Origin: Tubiluchus corallicola
Lineage: Eukaryota > Animalia > Priapulida
Assembly (NCBI GenBank): GCA_030141605.1
Contig: JAQGDQ010002451.1
Coordinates: 1-31,145, forward strand
Direction: 5' to 3'
Length of the DNA: 31,145 nt
Within the stretch, counting starts at the first letter, position 1; the number at the start of each line of letters is the position of its first letter. A program made the position numbers and the translations under genes. This document shows positions 1 to 10,601 of this stretch, one piece after another. Under the pieces are notes generated by a model that was not told the origin of the DNA, searched no databases, and saw only the letters and a list, made by a program, of their open reading frames with translations.

Positions 1-1188
1 CATATAACAGGCACACCTACTAAACTCAACTTTAATCTCAGTGCAAAAACTGAAAAAGGAACAGATATATATATTCCTCTCTTTTCAGAAAAAGCAACCG
101 CAGAAACAAGTTTCATAACATTTATTCAAGCACCAGAACAAACACCAGAACAAAACACTATCAACTTCGCGGGTATAAATCTAAATTTTGATTTAAAAAT
201 GACACCTAGTGCCAAAGTAAACCTCATAATAGACCCTGAAACACAAAGCGAAATAAAAGGAACAGGCAATGGAGATCTAAAATTATTAATCACACCCACA
301 GAAGGATTTAATATGTACGGAGACTACGATATATCCAAAGGAGACTATATTTTTTCATTTGAAAACATAGTAAAAAAGAAGTTTTCCATAGAATATGGAG
401 GAACCATAAAGTGGGATGGAGACCCGTTCAGGTCAGACATAGAACTAACAGCCAATTACCGACTACGAGCCAACCCCTACATTTTGGCTCCAGAAATAAT
501 AAAAACCAATAAGAAAGTTCCCGTTAATCTTGGAATACAAATTACTGAAAAGCTCCCCAACCCTAACATAGCGTTTATCATAGACCTACCCAATGCTGAC
601 GACAATACCAGAGCTTTATTTCAAAACTACCTTGCAGAACCAGAAGAACTAAATAGGCAGGCACTATCATTACTGTTACTAAACACTTTCTATACAGAAA
701 GTAGCAATGAGAGCACTAGTGGTAACATAGGATCTATCACTACAATGGAACTACTCGCCGTCCAACTCAGCAGCTGGCTCTCAAGCACAAGTGACAGGTT
801 TGATGTAGGGGTAAGTTATACTCCCAAGCAATATGAGCAAGACAAAGAAGACATAGAAGTAGAAATATCAACACAAATACTCAATGAGAGAATTCAAATA
901 AGTGGAAGTGCAGGCACAAAAAATAATCAACAAGAAGAAGAAAATACCCTTACAGGAGACGTAGATGTAGTCATAGACATAAATGAGAAAGGAAACCTAA
1001 AACTCAAAGCATATTCACACTCCAATGACAATTTAAATGAAGAAACATCCCCCACTACGCAAGGAGTGGGAATAACATACACCAAAGAGTTTGACACATT
1101 TGGGGAGCTTTTCCAATCGTATTGGAAGAGAGTAGGGAAATTATTCCACAAAGAAACCAAAGACACAACTGCAATAAAAACACCTTAA
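1..1188 (+). CDS. tamB: Translocation/assembly module TamB (DUF490) protein, C-terminal part; 5' end lies outside the window
   Basis: Frame is open from base 1 (HITGTPTKLNFNLSAKT...) into the 199..1188 ORF. Motifs GTGNGDL, GDYDISKGDY, GGTIKWDGDP and terminal TTQGVGITYTKEFDTF are typical of Bacteroidota TamB C-termini. Confidence 0.85.
   Translation, partial: HITGTPTKLNFNLSAKTEKGTDIYIPLFSEKATAETSFITFIQAPEQTPEQNTINFAGINLNFDLKMTPSAKVNLIIDPETQSEIKGTGNGDLKLLITPTEGFNMYGDYDISKGDYIFSFENIVKKKFSIEYGGTIKWDGDPFRSDIELTANYRLRANPYILAPEIIKTNKKVPVNLGIQITEKLPNPNIAFIIDLPNADDNTRALFQNYLAEPEELNRQALSLLLLNTFYTESSNESTSGNIGSITTMELLAVQLSSWLSSTSDRFDVGVSYTPKQYEQDKEDIEVEISTQILNERIQISGSAGTKNNQQEEENTLTGDVDVVIDINEKGNLKLKAYSHSNDNLNEETSPTTQGVGITYTKEFDTFGELFQSYWKRVGKLFHKETKDTTAIKTP
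131..154 (+). repeat. In-frame 12-bp tandem duplication (CACCAGAACAAA x2) in a tamB linker
   Basis: Exact copies at 131-142 and 143-154, encoding PEQTPEQ. Confidence 0.8.
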
Positions 1189-1276
1189 AAAAAACCCAAG
1201 CCTCATTAAAAAAAGAACAAAAACAGGCAACCAATTTACCTGCCCCTGAGAGCTAATAAAAACACTAGAGAATGTA

Positions 1277-1897
1277 CTAACGAAGAGATTCTTTGAAAAA
1301 TCTTTTCTGGAAAATAAGAATAATAAAAACACCTACTGTAATACAAGAATCAGCTATATTAAACACGGGACGAAAGAAAATAAACGACTCTCCTCCCCAA
1401 AAAGGCACCCAATTAGGGAGAACAGTAGTTATCAAAGGGAAATACAGCATATCCACCACCCTGCCAAACAAAAATGGAGCATATCCACCCCCTTCCGGTA
1501 AAAGCACCGAAACTTCTGCTGGCCAATAGCCACTTTCATTAAATATCAGCCCATAAAACATTCCGTCAATCATATTACCTACAGCCCCTCCCAATATTAA
1601 AGACAAGGAGGCAATAAATCCAAAATGAGCGTCTTTTTTAATATTCAAATACAAATAATAAGTAATTCCTAAAATTGCTAAAATCCTAAGAACACTTAAA
1701 AGTAGCTTGCCTGTATCACCCCCAAATTCAAACCCAAAAGCCATCCCATTATTTTCAGTAAAATATATTAAAAACCAATCACCCAAAACCTTATGACTTT
1801 CCCCCAAATACATAGTAGTTTTAACCCAAATCTTACTGGCTTGATCTACTAAAACCACCAAAACTATTATCAACCAAGATTTCACAACAATAGACAT
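1277..1897 (-). CDS. lspA: Lipoprotein signal peptidase II
   Basis: Motifs DQASK, ENNGMAFG, GGAVGNMID, VVDML and FNIADSCI; downstream of ileS-dksA. Confidence 0.96.
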   Translation of the reverse strand: MSIVVKSWLIIVLVVLVDQASKIWVKTTMYLGESHKVLGDWFLIYFTENNGMAFGFEFGGDTGKLLLSVLRILAILGITYYLYLNIKKDAHFGFIASLSLILGGAVGNMIDGMFYGLIFNESGYWPAEVSVLLPEGGGYAPFLFGRVVDMLYFPLITTVLPNWVPFWGGESFIFFRPVFNIADSCITVGVFIILIFQKRFFKESLR

Positions 1898-1908
1898 AAG
1901 AAAACTAT

Positions 1909-2301
1909 TTACATAAACTTATTTCCTATCCTGTTTTCTTTAGCTTCAACGCTTAAAGTAGTATGAGGAACAGCCCTTAGTCTTTCTTTTGAAATTAACT
2001 TACCCGTAGCACGACAAACGCCATATGTTCTATTCTCAATTCTTACAAGAGCTGCTTGCAAATGCTGAATAAATTTCTGTTGCCTACCTGCAAGACGGCC
2101 TGTTTCCTCTTTAGATAGGACATTCGCTCCTTCTTCCATTATCTTAAAAGAAGGCGAGGTATCCTTATCATTATTACCTGCTCCTTGATCCATAGATGAT
2201 TTTAACTCTTCAAAATCTTTTTGTGCTTTGTCTAGTTTTTTTTGAATAATCTCTTTAAACTCTTGAAGCTCTTGATTTGAATATTTATTTTTCTCCGTCA
2301 T
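1909..2301 (-). CDS. TraR/DksA family transcription factor
   Basis: Coiled coil followed by ALVRIENRTYGVCRATGKLISKERLRAVPHTTLS. Start placed at the ATG at 2301 (MTEKNKYS) rather than 2343; lies between ileS and lspA. Confidence 0.9.
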   Translation of the reverse strand: MTEKNKYSNQELQEFKEIIQKKLDKAQKDFEELKSSMDQGAGNNDKDTSPSFKIMEEGANVLSKEETGRLAGRQQKFIQHLQAALVRIENRTYGVCRATGKLISKERLRAVPHTTLSVEAKENRIGNKFM

Positions 2302-2342
2302 AACAATCTGTTTTTTTAATAAATTAATTATATCTTTCCCCA

Positions 2343-5300
2343 CTATACTCTTTCAATATTTAAAAGTGTTTTCACCCCTTTATCTATTTCTACCTCCTTG
2401 CCCTCTAATCTATCCACCAATGCCAACTCCTCTGCCAAGGTTTGGGAACTAATATAATCTTTATGCTTTTCTACAGCTCTATCTATATCACTATGTCTTT
2501 GCACCTTTATGTATATTTTGTCCGTAACATCGTACCCCTGCTCTTTTCTCATATTTTGAATTCTATTCACAAATTCACGGGCAATCCCCTCGTTTTTCAA
2601 ATCATCAGTAATATTTACATCCAAAGCTGTAGTTATAGCCCCCTCATTAGCAACCAACCATCCCTCAATGTCCTTGGAAACTATTTCAACATCCTCCAAA
2701 GATAACGAAATATTTTTATTACCAACGTTTATATTATGTGTTTTATTTTGTTCAAATCTAAAAATCTCTTCTTGATTTATTTTAGAAATAGCTGCCGTTA
2801 CTTCTTTCATCAGCTTACCATACTTAGGCCCTAGCACCTTAAAATTAGGTTTAATCTCCTTTACCAATACACTACTAGCATCATTTATGTACTCAATTTC
2901 CTTGACATTCACTTCCGCCAAAATAATACCTTTCACCGCTTCTATTTTTTCCTCTGTAATTTCATTATTCACAGGAATAATAACCTTACTCAAAGGCTGT
3001 CTCACCTTAATTTTCACTTTCCTACGCAAACTCAAAACCATAGAAGACACCTTTTGAGCAATACTCATTCGCTCTTCCAAATTCTTATCTACAACCCCCT
3101 CATCAACCTTGGGAAAACTTGCTAAATGCACGGAATTTTCACCGCTCAAATCGCCGTACAACTCATCAGTATAGAAAGGAGCAATAGGAGAAGACAACAA
3201 GGCTACAATTTCTAAGCATTTATGCAAAGTTTGATAAGCCGAAATCTTATCTTTGGTATAATCACCAATCCAATATCGTTTCCTACTCAACCGTACATAC
3301 CAATTGCTCAAATCTTCAATTACAAATCTCTGAATAGCACGCCCTGCCCTTGTAGGTTCATAATTGCCGTAATGCTCGCCTACTTCCCTAATCAACGTAT
3401 TTAACAATGAAATAATCCATCTATCAATTTCAGGCCTATTCTTATAACTTATTTCTTCATCCTTATTCTCAAATCCATCTACATTAGCATACAAAGCAAA
3501 GAAAGAATAAGTATTATACAGGGTGCCAAAAAACTTACGTTTCACCTCATCCACTCCCTCAATATCAAACTTTTGGTTCTCCCAAGGCTGAGCATTTGTA
3601 ATCATATACCATCGCACAGTATCAGCACCATACTCCTCAATGGTTTCAAAAGGATCAATAGCATTCCCTAAGCGTTTAGACATCTTATTTCCCCCTTTGT
3701 CTAGTACCAAGCCGTTAGAAATAATATTCTTAAATGCTACACTGTCGAAAAGCATAGTCGCTAAGGTATGCAAGGTAAAAAACCAACCACGGGTTTGGTC
3801 AACCCCCTCTGCAATAAAATCAGCTGGAAATTTATTTTTTAATCTCTCCTCATTCTCAAAAGGATAATGCATTTGAGCATAAGGCATAGCACCAGAATCG
3901 AACCACACATCAATTAAAGCACGCTCTCTCTTCATTTCTTTTCCATCTGGCGATATCAAGATAATATCATCTACAAATGGGCGATGTAAATCTATTGTTT
4001 CATAGTTTTGCGTAGAAAAATCATTCACTACAAACTTTTCTAATGGATTATTTTTCATTACACCTGCCTCTACTGCTTTCTCTACTTCCGTCTTCAACTC
4101 CTCAATAGAACCAATACATATTTGTTCTTTTTTATCTTCAGTAGTCCAAACAGGCAAAGGTGTCCCCCAAAAACGCGAACGAGACAAGTTCCAATCTTGC
4201 AAATTCTCGAGCCATTTTGCAAACCTACCACTGCCTGTCGATTGTGGTTTCCAATTAATAGTTTCATTCAACTTTACCAACTTGTCTCTAAACGCAGTAG
4301 TTTTTACAAACCAAGAATCCAAAGGGTAGTACAAAACTGGCTTATCCGTTCGCCAACAATGTGGATACGAATGAACATATTTTTCTACTTTGAAAGCTTT
4401 ATTCTCCTTTTTCAGATTAACTGCAATACTTATATCTACTGTCTCATCTTTGTCTGTTAGCAGGGGGTCGTAAGCATTTTTCACATATCTACTTGACAGA
4501 TACCCGCAGTCCTCAACAAATTTCCCTTGTTTATCTACCAATAACAATGAACCCAAGCCATTCTCTTTCGCTACACGGTAATCATCTGCTCCAAACGAAG
4601 GAGCAATATGCACCACACCAGTTCCATCTTCCGTAGTTACAAAATCGCCCACTACCACTTTAAAAGCATCTCCCTCCTTAGGTTGTTGAAAAGGCATTAG
4701 TTGTTCATATCTCACACCTACCAAATCTTTCCCTTTATACTCATCCAACACTTTGTAAGGGGCAGTCTTATCCCCCTTTTTATAATCTTTTAAAACAAGG
4801 TTCTTGTTCTTTTCAGGGAAATACTTAGCCATCAAGTCCTTAGCCAGAACAACCGTAATAGGCTCACCTGTATACACATTAAAGGTTCTTACCCTCACAT
4901 AAGCAATACCCTTGCCTACTGCCAAAGCTGTATTAGAAGGTAAAGTCCAAGGCGTAGTTGTCCAAGCCAAAAAGTAAAGGTCAGTATCTACTCCCTCAAA
5001 TAATTTTTCTGATGTCTTGTCTTTCACTACCTTAAACTGTGCTACAATAGTAGTATCAGTAACATCGCGATAACATCCCGGCTGATTCAACTCGTGTGTG
5101 CTAAGTCCCGTACCGGCTGCTGGCGAATAAGGTTGAATGGAATATCCTTTGTAGAGCAAACCTTTTTCATACAGCCGTTGCAATAAATGCCACAAAGTCT
5201 CAATATACTTGTTTTCATAAGTAATATAAGGCTCTTCCATATTCACCCAATATCCCATCTCTTCCGTCAGCTTTGCCCAGAGGTCAGTATATTTCATCAC

Positions 5301-5672
5301 CTCCCTTCTGCACTCATCATTATACTCTTTAACAGAAATCTTCTCTCCAATATCCTCTTTTGTGATGCCCAGCTTTTTTTCCACTGCCAACTCCACAGGC
5401 AGCCCGTGAGTATCCCATCCTGCCTTGCGCTCCACCAAATAGCCTTGCAAAGTCTTATACCTACATACCACATCTTTAATAGTACGAGCCATTACGTGAT
5501 GAATGCCCGGCACACCATTAGCAGAAGGTGGCCCTTCAAAAAACACAAAAGGTTCACAGCCTTTCCTTAACTCCAAGCTCTGCTCAAAAGTATTCTCCTC
5601 TTTCCATCTCTGCAAAACCTTTTTATTTATATCTGCAAGGCTTAAACCCTTATATTCAGGAAACTTACTCAT
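2343..5672 (-). CDS. ileS: Isoleucine--tRNA ligase, type 2
   Basis: GPPSANGVPGIHH, GWDTHGLP, WTTTPWTLP, EGVDQTRGWF and KMSKR motifs; 1109 aa with an IleRS2-type C-terminus lacking the zinc knuckle. Confidence 0.98.
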   Translation of the reverse strand: MSKFPEYKGLSLADINKKVLQRWKEENTFEQSLELRKGCEPFVFFEGPPSANGVPGIHHVMARTIKDVVCRYKTLQGYLVERKAGWDTHGLPVELAVEKKLGITKEDIGEKISVKEYNDECRREVMKYTDLWAKLTEEMGYWVNMEEPYITYENKYIETLWHLLQRLYEKGLLYKGYSIQPYSPAAGTGLSTHELNQPGCYRDVTDTTIVAQFKVVKDKTSEKLFEGVDTDLYFLAWTTTPWTLPSNTALAVGKGIAYVRVRTFNVYTGEPITVVLAKDLMAKYFPEKNKNLVLKDYKKGDKTAPYKVLDEYKGKDLVGVRYEQLMPFQQPKEGDAFKVVVGDFVTTEDGTGVVHIAPSFGADDYRVAKENGLGSLLLVDKQGKFVEDCGYLSSRYVKNAYDPLLTDKDETVDISIAVNLKKENKAFKVEKYVHSYPHCWRTDKPVLYYPLDSWFVKTTAFRDKLVKLNETINWKPQSTGSGRFAKWLENLQDWNLSRSRFWGTPLPVWTTEDKKEQICIGSIEELKTEVEKAVEAGVMKNNPLEKFVVNDFSTQNYETIDLHRPFVDDIILISPDGKEMKRERALIDVWFDSGAMPYAQMHYPFENEERLKNKFPADFIAEGVDQTRGWFFTLHTLATMLFDSVAFKNIISNGLVLDKGGNKMSKRLGNAIDPFETIEEYGADTVRWYMITNAQPWENQKFDIEGVDEVKRKFFGTLYNTYSFFALYANVDGFENKDEEISYKNRPEIDRWIISLLNTLIREVGEHYGNYEPTRAGRAIQRFVIEDLSNWYVRLSRKRYWIGDYTKDKISAYQTLHKCLEIVALLSSPIAPFYTDELYGDLSGENSVHLASFPKVDEGVVDKNLEERMSIAQKVSSMVLSLRRKVKIKVRQPLSKVIIPVNNEITEEKIEAVKGIILAEVNVKEIEYINDASSVLVKEIKPNFKVLGPKYGKLMKEVTAAISKINQEEIFRFEQNKTHNINVGNKNISLSLEDVEIVSKDIEGWLVANEGAITTALDVNITDDLKNEGIAREFVNRIQNMRKEQGYDVTDKIYIKVQRHSDIDRAVEKHKDYISSQTLAEELALVDRLEGKEVEIDKGVKTLLNIERV

Positions 5673-5707
5673 TTTATCTATCTAAATAATTGCTTTTAAT
5701 AAGATTA

Positions 5708-5738
5708 CAAAATTAGTCTTTTTTAACTGAAAAAGCAA
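5708..5738 (-). promoter_or_regulatory. Bacteroidota primary-sigma promoter for ileS-dksA-lspA
   Basis: Minus-strand TAATTTTG (5708-5715) matches the -7 consensus TAnnTTTG; TTG (5736-5738) lies 20 bp upstream. Confidence 0.7.
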
Positions 5739-5884
5739 TAGAACGAGCAGAATGGTAAGTTACATTTTCTTATTTAGATATAGCAATAATTTCTTCCCAC
5801 AACTGCCCTTTCCTTATTAAACTGTCTTGTGCTTAATGTTCTTGAATTTATAAGAAGAAAAATATACTATAATCTCCACAAACC

Positions 5885-7969
5885 TCAATCAAAGAACATC
5901 CAAGAAACTCCAAATTTAAACCTTCTTTGCTGCAAAGGATAATGAGGTGAGGTAAAAAAATCTCTTGATAAAAAATTATCAAATATCATATGTTCATATA
6001 AAAAAAATATTTTCGCTCTTTTCAGCATAAAATCAAGATAAGCACTAAAAATAGGGTAGTTTCCATACTTGCTATCTTGCTGTAAATGAAATACTCCCAA
6101 TGCAGGATTATACTTTTGTGCATAAAACTCTGTATTATAATAAACTTCTGAACCTAATTGAAAAGGTAAAACTTTGTTAAATAAAATATTTCTATAATAC
6201 ACCGTTCCATAATATGACAATTCTGGGAGAGGTAGTATATTAGGAGAATTCGTATATTGATACACAGCCTTATTGTCAAAATAGAGGTTTTTAAACTTAA
6301 ATAATTTTCTCAATGAAAATGCAAATACATTAATAGTAGAATTATCTTGAACGGGCAGAGCTTCTAAGTCGTAATACATATAATTATTAATTGTAGCAGC
6401 ATCAATACCCAGCCTCAAATTCTGCTTAGGCTTGTTGAAAGCAAAAGAAAATCGGGTTTCTTTTTGATGTTTAAAATTATTCTCCCATTTGAAATAAGTA
6501 GAAAAGTAATTTTGATAATAATAGTCAGGTATTTCGCTTGAATAAGACACCTTAGCCGTTACAAAAGAAGTGTCTTGTTGTCCAAAAATACTATAATCAC
6601 CCTGTACCTCAAAGTCAATATTATTCTTTTTGTAACCTGCTAAATAATATTCTCCAGAAACTGTCAAACCCACTCGTGAATCAAAATTTGTATTAGCCCA
6701 AAAACCTACTGAAAAATTATCTTGCATAGGATCAATATAGGCAGTATCTATATACGGAACAGTACTTACCAAAACGTTTATAGTATCCGGAGGAACTTGT
6801 GTTTCATCCAAAACATAAGAAGTGTCTTGTTTTGTAGTCCAAACAGGATTGAGGTGTGAATATTTCTGTAATTGATAGGACATAAAAAACTTGCTGGCAA
6901 ATTTTAATTTTTGCACCTTACTTTCTAAAAGCTCTATAAACAAAATATTTTCTAGGTCTTTATAGTTAATGGAATCAAGTACTTTATCTTGATTGGGTCT
7001 ATACAGGTTCTTATATATTCCATCAGAGTTACTCTGTTCGTCAAACAAATAAGTAGTAGGTGCATTGTTCTCCGCATAATTTTTGCTATATCTTCCATAC
7101 GTTAAAGTATGTCCTATGTAAATAAAATATTCTCTATTAAACAAGTTGTCTGTATAAGCTGTATCCTCTGTTATTAGTTTTCCTTTGTCCACAGCTATTC
7201 TTTGGTTGAGTACTATATTTTGAGTTTCAAAATTAGTTTCGACACCAGTACCAAACTTCACAGGAACATTCAATGGTTTGGAAAAATCACCCGCTCCCGT
7301 ATTCATCGTTGGGTTTCTTATATTATCTTCATCTACCACACCTGCATTTTCTTGTTGTTCTACTTTTGACCACCCCAAATACAGATGTCCTTTATATCTT
7401 CTTTTCAAATAAGAAGTAGACATATCAAAAGTTCTATTTTTAGTTTTCTGGTTCTGATATTGTCCAATAGCAGTCCAAAGGTCATAATTAAATGTAACAT
7501 TCCAGAACGGATTAATATTTTGAGAGTGAACCACTTCAACTTTACTTTCCTGATTATTTCTATCCCCTGCTTGCACATAGTATAAATTAGTGTAAGGGGT
7601 AGTTGTATTATAATATAGTTGATCGTTAGGCGAACTCCAATATATCTCCCAAGGATGAAAAAATATAAACTCTGAATTATACTCTCTATTAAAATAGATA
7701 TTAGAAAGGCTTGCTGAGCCGGGATTTCCAAGATAATTGTTAGAAATACTCTTCTGATACAAAGGATTATAGTTATGAACATTCAAAAACGAAGTATCCA
7801 AATCGACAGAGACAATACGTAAAAAGTTATCTTCTAACTTCCAAGTATGACGTTGATGAGCCGTAGTTGTATCTACCTCACCCCCCCTTGCATTCCACTT
7901 CCTCTGCTGTGATAAGGCTTGAGATATAACTACAAAACATAAAAATACTATAAAAATCGTCCTCTTCAT
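5885..7969 (-). CDS. Putative outer-membrane beta-barrel porin (Bacteroidota putative porin / Porin_10-like)
   Basis: Signal peptide from the ATG at 7969 (MKRTIFIVFLCFVVISQALS-Q); NYLGNPGS and YYNTTTPYTNLYY motifs; C-terminal FKFGVSWMFFD beta-signal. Confidence 0.8.
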   Translation of the reverse strand: MKRTIFIVFLCFVVISQALSQQRKWNARGGEVDTTTAHQRHTWKLEDNFLRIVSVDLDTSFLNVHNYNPLYQKSISNNYLGNPGSASLSNIYFNREYNSEFIFFHPWEIYWSSPNDQLYYNTTTPYTNLYYVQAGDRNNQESKVEVVHSQNINPFWNVTFNYDLWTAIGQYQNQKTKNRTFDMSTSYLKRRYKGHLYLGWSKVEQQENAGVVDEDNIRNPTMNTGAGDFSKPLNVPVKFGTGVETNFETQNIVLNQRIAVDKGKLITEDTAYTDNLFNREYFIYIGHTLTYGRYSKNYAENNAPTTYLFDEQSNSDGIYKNLYRPNQDKVLDSINYKDLENILFIELLESKVQKLKFASKFFMSYQLQKYSHLNPVWTTKQDTSYVLDETQVPPDTINVLVSTVPYIDTAYIDPMQDNFSVGFWANTNFDSRVGLTVSGEYYLAGYKKNNIDFEVQGDYSIFGQQDTSFVTAKVSYSSEIPDYYYQNYFSTYFKWENNFKHQKETRFSFAFNKPKQNLRLGIDAATINNYMYYDLEALPVQDNSTINVFAFSLRKLFKFKNLYFDNKAVYQYTNSPNILPLPELSYYGTVYYRNILFNKVLPFQLGSEVYYNTEFYAQKYNPALGVFHLQQDSKYGNYPIFSAYLDFMLKRAKIFFLYEHMIFDNFLSRDFFTSPHYPLQQRRFKFGVSWMFFD

Positions 7970-8114
7970 CAAGGACAAAATTATAAAAATAAAGGACACA
8001 ACAGATGGCAATTGTCAATAGAAAATCTAAAAAATGCAAAAGCAGGAAATAAACTCTATATAATCAAAAAATATTACTTGTGATTCTCAACTCTCCTTTT
8101 TTAACTCTTTTTAC

Positions 8115-8122
8115 TACCTTTG
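8115..8122 (+). promoter_or_regulatory. -7 promoter element for pheT
   Basis: TACCTTTG matches TAnnTTTG and ends 25 bp upstream of the pheT ATG. Confidence 0.6.
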
Positions 8123-8147
8123 TACTTAAAAATAGACATATTTTGTA

Positions 8148-10601
8148 ATGAAGATATCATATAATTGGCTAAAGGAGTATTTAAACGCAGATATTGAAAT
8201 AGATAGACTTACCACTATATTAACAGATATAGGTCTAGAAGTAGCGAACGTAGAGCAGTACGAAAGTATCAAAGGGAGCTTGGGAGGCTTGGTAGTAGGG
8301 TTGGTAAAGACCAAAGAAAAACATCCTAATGCAGACAAACTAAGTATTACTACTGTAAATATTGATGCTGATGAAGATTTACAAATAGTCTGTGGAGCAT
8401 CTAATGTAGCTGCTGGTCAAAAGGTAGTAGTGGCTACCGTAGGCACAATACTGTACGATGGGAATGAGTCTTTTAAAATAAAAAAGTCAAAAATACGTGG
8501 CGAATTATCGCAAGGAATGATATGCAGTGAAAAAGAAATAGGTGTAGGCACAAATGATTCGGGTATAATGGCATTGCCTCCAGATGTAAAGATAGGAACA
8601 TTGGCAAAAGATTATTTCGATGTGGAGAGGGATGTGGTAATAGAAATAGACCTAACACCCAATCGCATAGATGCTGCCTCTCACGTGGGTGTAGCCCGCG
8701 ATGTAGCTGCCTACTTGAAACAGACAGAAATGGTTGGATATACATTGCCTTCTGTGGAGAGTTTTAAAGTGAACAATACAGACAATCCTATACAAGTAAC
8801 AGTAAAAGATTCGCAACTTTGCCCACGATATGCAGGAGTAACTATCTTTAATGTAAAGGTGAAACCTTCGCCTACGTGGCTGCAAAATAGGCTAAAAGCC
8901 ATTGGGCTAAATCCTATCAACAATATAGTAGATGCTACTAATTATGTTCTTCTCGAATTAGGACAACCACTTCACGCCTTTGATGCTGACAAGATAGAAG
9001 GCGGGGAAATAATAGTAAAAACACTACCAAAAGATAGTCTTTTTATTACTTTGGATGGAGAAGAAAGGAAACTACACACTGATGACCTAATGATATGTAA
9101 TTCCAAAGAGCCAATGTGTATTGCAGGAGTGTTAGGGGGTATTAAATCTGGAGTAACAAATATTACACAAAACATTTTCTTAGAAAGTGCTTATTTCAAT
9201 TCTGTATCCGTAAGAAAAACAGCTAAACGACACGGGTTAAATACTGACGCTTCGTATCGCTTTGAGAGAGGTGTAGACCCCAACATCACATTGTATGCCC
9301 TTAAAAGAGCCGCATTGCTTATACAGGAAATAGCAGGCGGTGAAATATCCTCAGAAATAGTAGATATGTATCCTCAGCCTACTCCACATTTTGAAGTAGT
9401 GCTTCGTTATGACACTGTAAATAGGCTATTGGGCAACACTATAAAGAAGGACACAATCAAAAATATACTTGTGGCTCTTGAAATAGAAATTATTCAAGAA
9501 ACTGATGAAAAGCTACAACTTAGCATACCTCCTTACAGAGTAGATGTACAAAGAGAAGTGGACGTAATAGAGGAAATACTACGGATATATGGTTACAACA
9601 ATATAAAATATACTACTTTTTTAAAATCTACTTTACAGTATAGTGCTACTATTGATGATAATCAACTGAAAAACAATGTAGGAAATATGCTTGCAAGCAG
9701 GGGGTTTAATGAGATAATGACTAATTCATTAACTACAAAAAACTACTATGACAATAAAAAACTCTTCCCAGAGGAAGGGCTTGTAAATATTCTCAATCCA
9801 TTAAGTTTAGAATTAAATATTTTAAGGCAAACATTATTGTTCAATGGGTTAGAAGCTATTGCTTACAACATCAACCACCAAAATACAAACTTAAAACTAT
9901 ATGAATTTGGAAAAACTTATCATCTTAGAAAAATAGATAGCAGTAACTCCGTTAGAAATTATACGGAACAACAGTATTTAAGTTTACTACTTACAGGAAC
10001 AAACATTTCTAAACATTGGCAAGCAAGTAAACAACAACAAGACCCCTTTTTTGATATTAAAGTCCGATTCGAAAGTCTGTTTAACTATCTCAATGTGAAT
10101 GTTGAAGAAATTGACAAAAAAGTATTTTCTAATGATATATTTAGTCTAGGACTCAATTACACCACTAAAGACAATGTAACCATTGCAGAAATAGGTTATG
10201 TACAAAATACTATTCTTGAAAAATTTGATATTAAAACAGAGGTATCTTGGGCTAATATTTATTGGGATAGATTATTAGAAAATATCAACCCTAATGGTGT
10301 CAAGTATAAGCCTATTTCCAAATATCCGGAGGTAACTCGAGATCTTGCTCTGCTCATAGATAAGCATACCACTTTTGCAGAAGTGGAGAAAATAGCCTAT
10401 GAAACAGAGAAAAAATTGTTGAAAAAAGTAACTCTATTCGATGTGTACGAAGGGAACAAAATAGAAGAAGGGAAGAAGTCATATGCGATTAATTTTGTTT
10501 TACAAGATGTAAATAAAACCCTAACGGAAAAGCAGATTAATAAAGTAATGGAGCAGTTTATTGCTAATTATAAAAAACAACTTAATGCAGAAATAAGATA
10601 A
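8148..10601 (+). CDS. pheT: Phenylalanine--tRNA ligase beta subunit
   Basis: MKISYNWLKEY, HPNADKL, IVCGASN, SQGMICS, LTPNR and RFERGVD motifs; C-terminal anticodon-binding domain (RDLALL...LFDVYEG). Confidence 0.98.
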   Translation: MKISYNWLKEYLNADIEIDRLTTILTDIGLEVANVEQYESIKGSLGGLVVGLVKTKEKHPNADKLSITTVNIDADEDLQIVCGASNVAAGQKVVVATVGTILYDGNESFKIKKSKIRGELSQGMICSEKEIGVGTNDSGIMALPPDVKIGTLAKDYFDVERDVVIEIDLTPNRIDAASHVGVARDVAAYLKQTEMVGYTLPSVESFKVNNTDNPIQVTVKDSQLCPRYAGVTIFNVKVKPSPTWLQNRLKAIGLNPINNIVDATNYVLLELGQPLHAFDADKIEGGEIIVKTLPKDSLFITLDGEERKLHTDDLMICNSKEPMCIAGVLGGIKSGVTNITQNIFLESAYFNSVSVRKTAKRHGLNTDASYRFERGVDPNITLYALKRAALLIQEIAGGEISSEIVDMYPQPTPHFEVVLRYDTVNRLLGNTIKKDTIKNILVALEIEIIQETDEKLQLSIPPYRVDVQREVDVIEEILRIYGYNNIKYTTFLKSTLQYSATIDDNQLKNNVGNMLASRGFNEIMTNSLTTKNYYDNKKLFPEEGLVNILNPLSLELNILRQTLLFNGLEAIAYNINHQNTNLKLYEFGKTYHLRKIDSSNSVRNYTEQQYLSLLLTGTNISKHWQASKQQQDPFFDIKVRFESLFNYLNVNVEEIDKKVFSNDIFSLGLNYTTKDNVTIAEIGYVQNTILEKFDIKTEVSWANIYWDRLLENINPNGVKYKPISKYPEVTRDLALLIDKHTTFAEVEKIAYETEKKLLKKVTLFDVYEGNKIEEGKKSYAINFVLQDVNKTLTEKQINKVMEQFIANYKKQLNAEIR

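Noticed and set aside
8148-10601. pheT without adjacent pheS
   Set aside because: Split pheS and pheT is normal in Bacteroidota.
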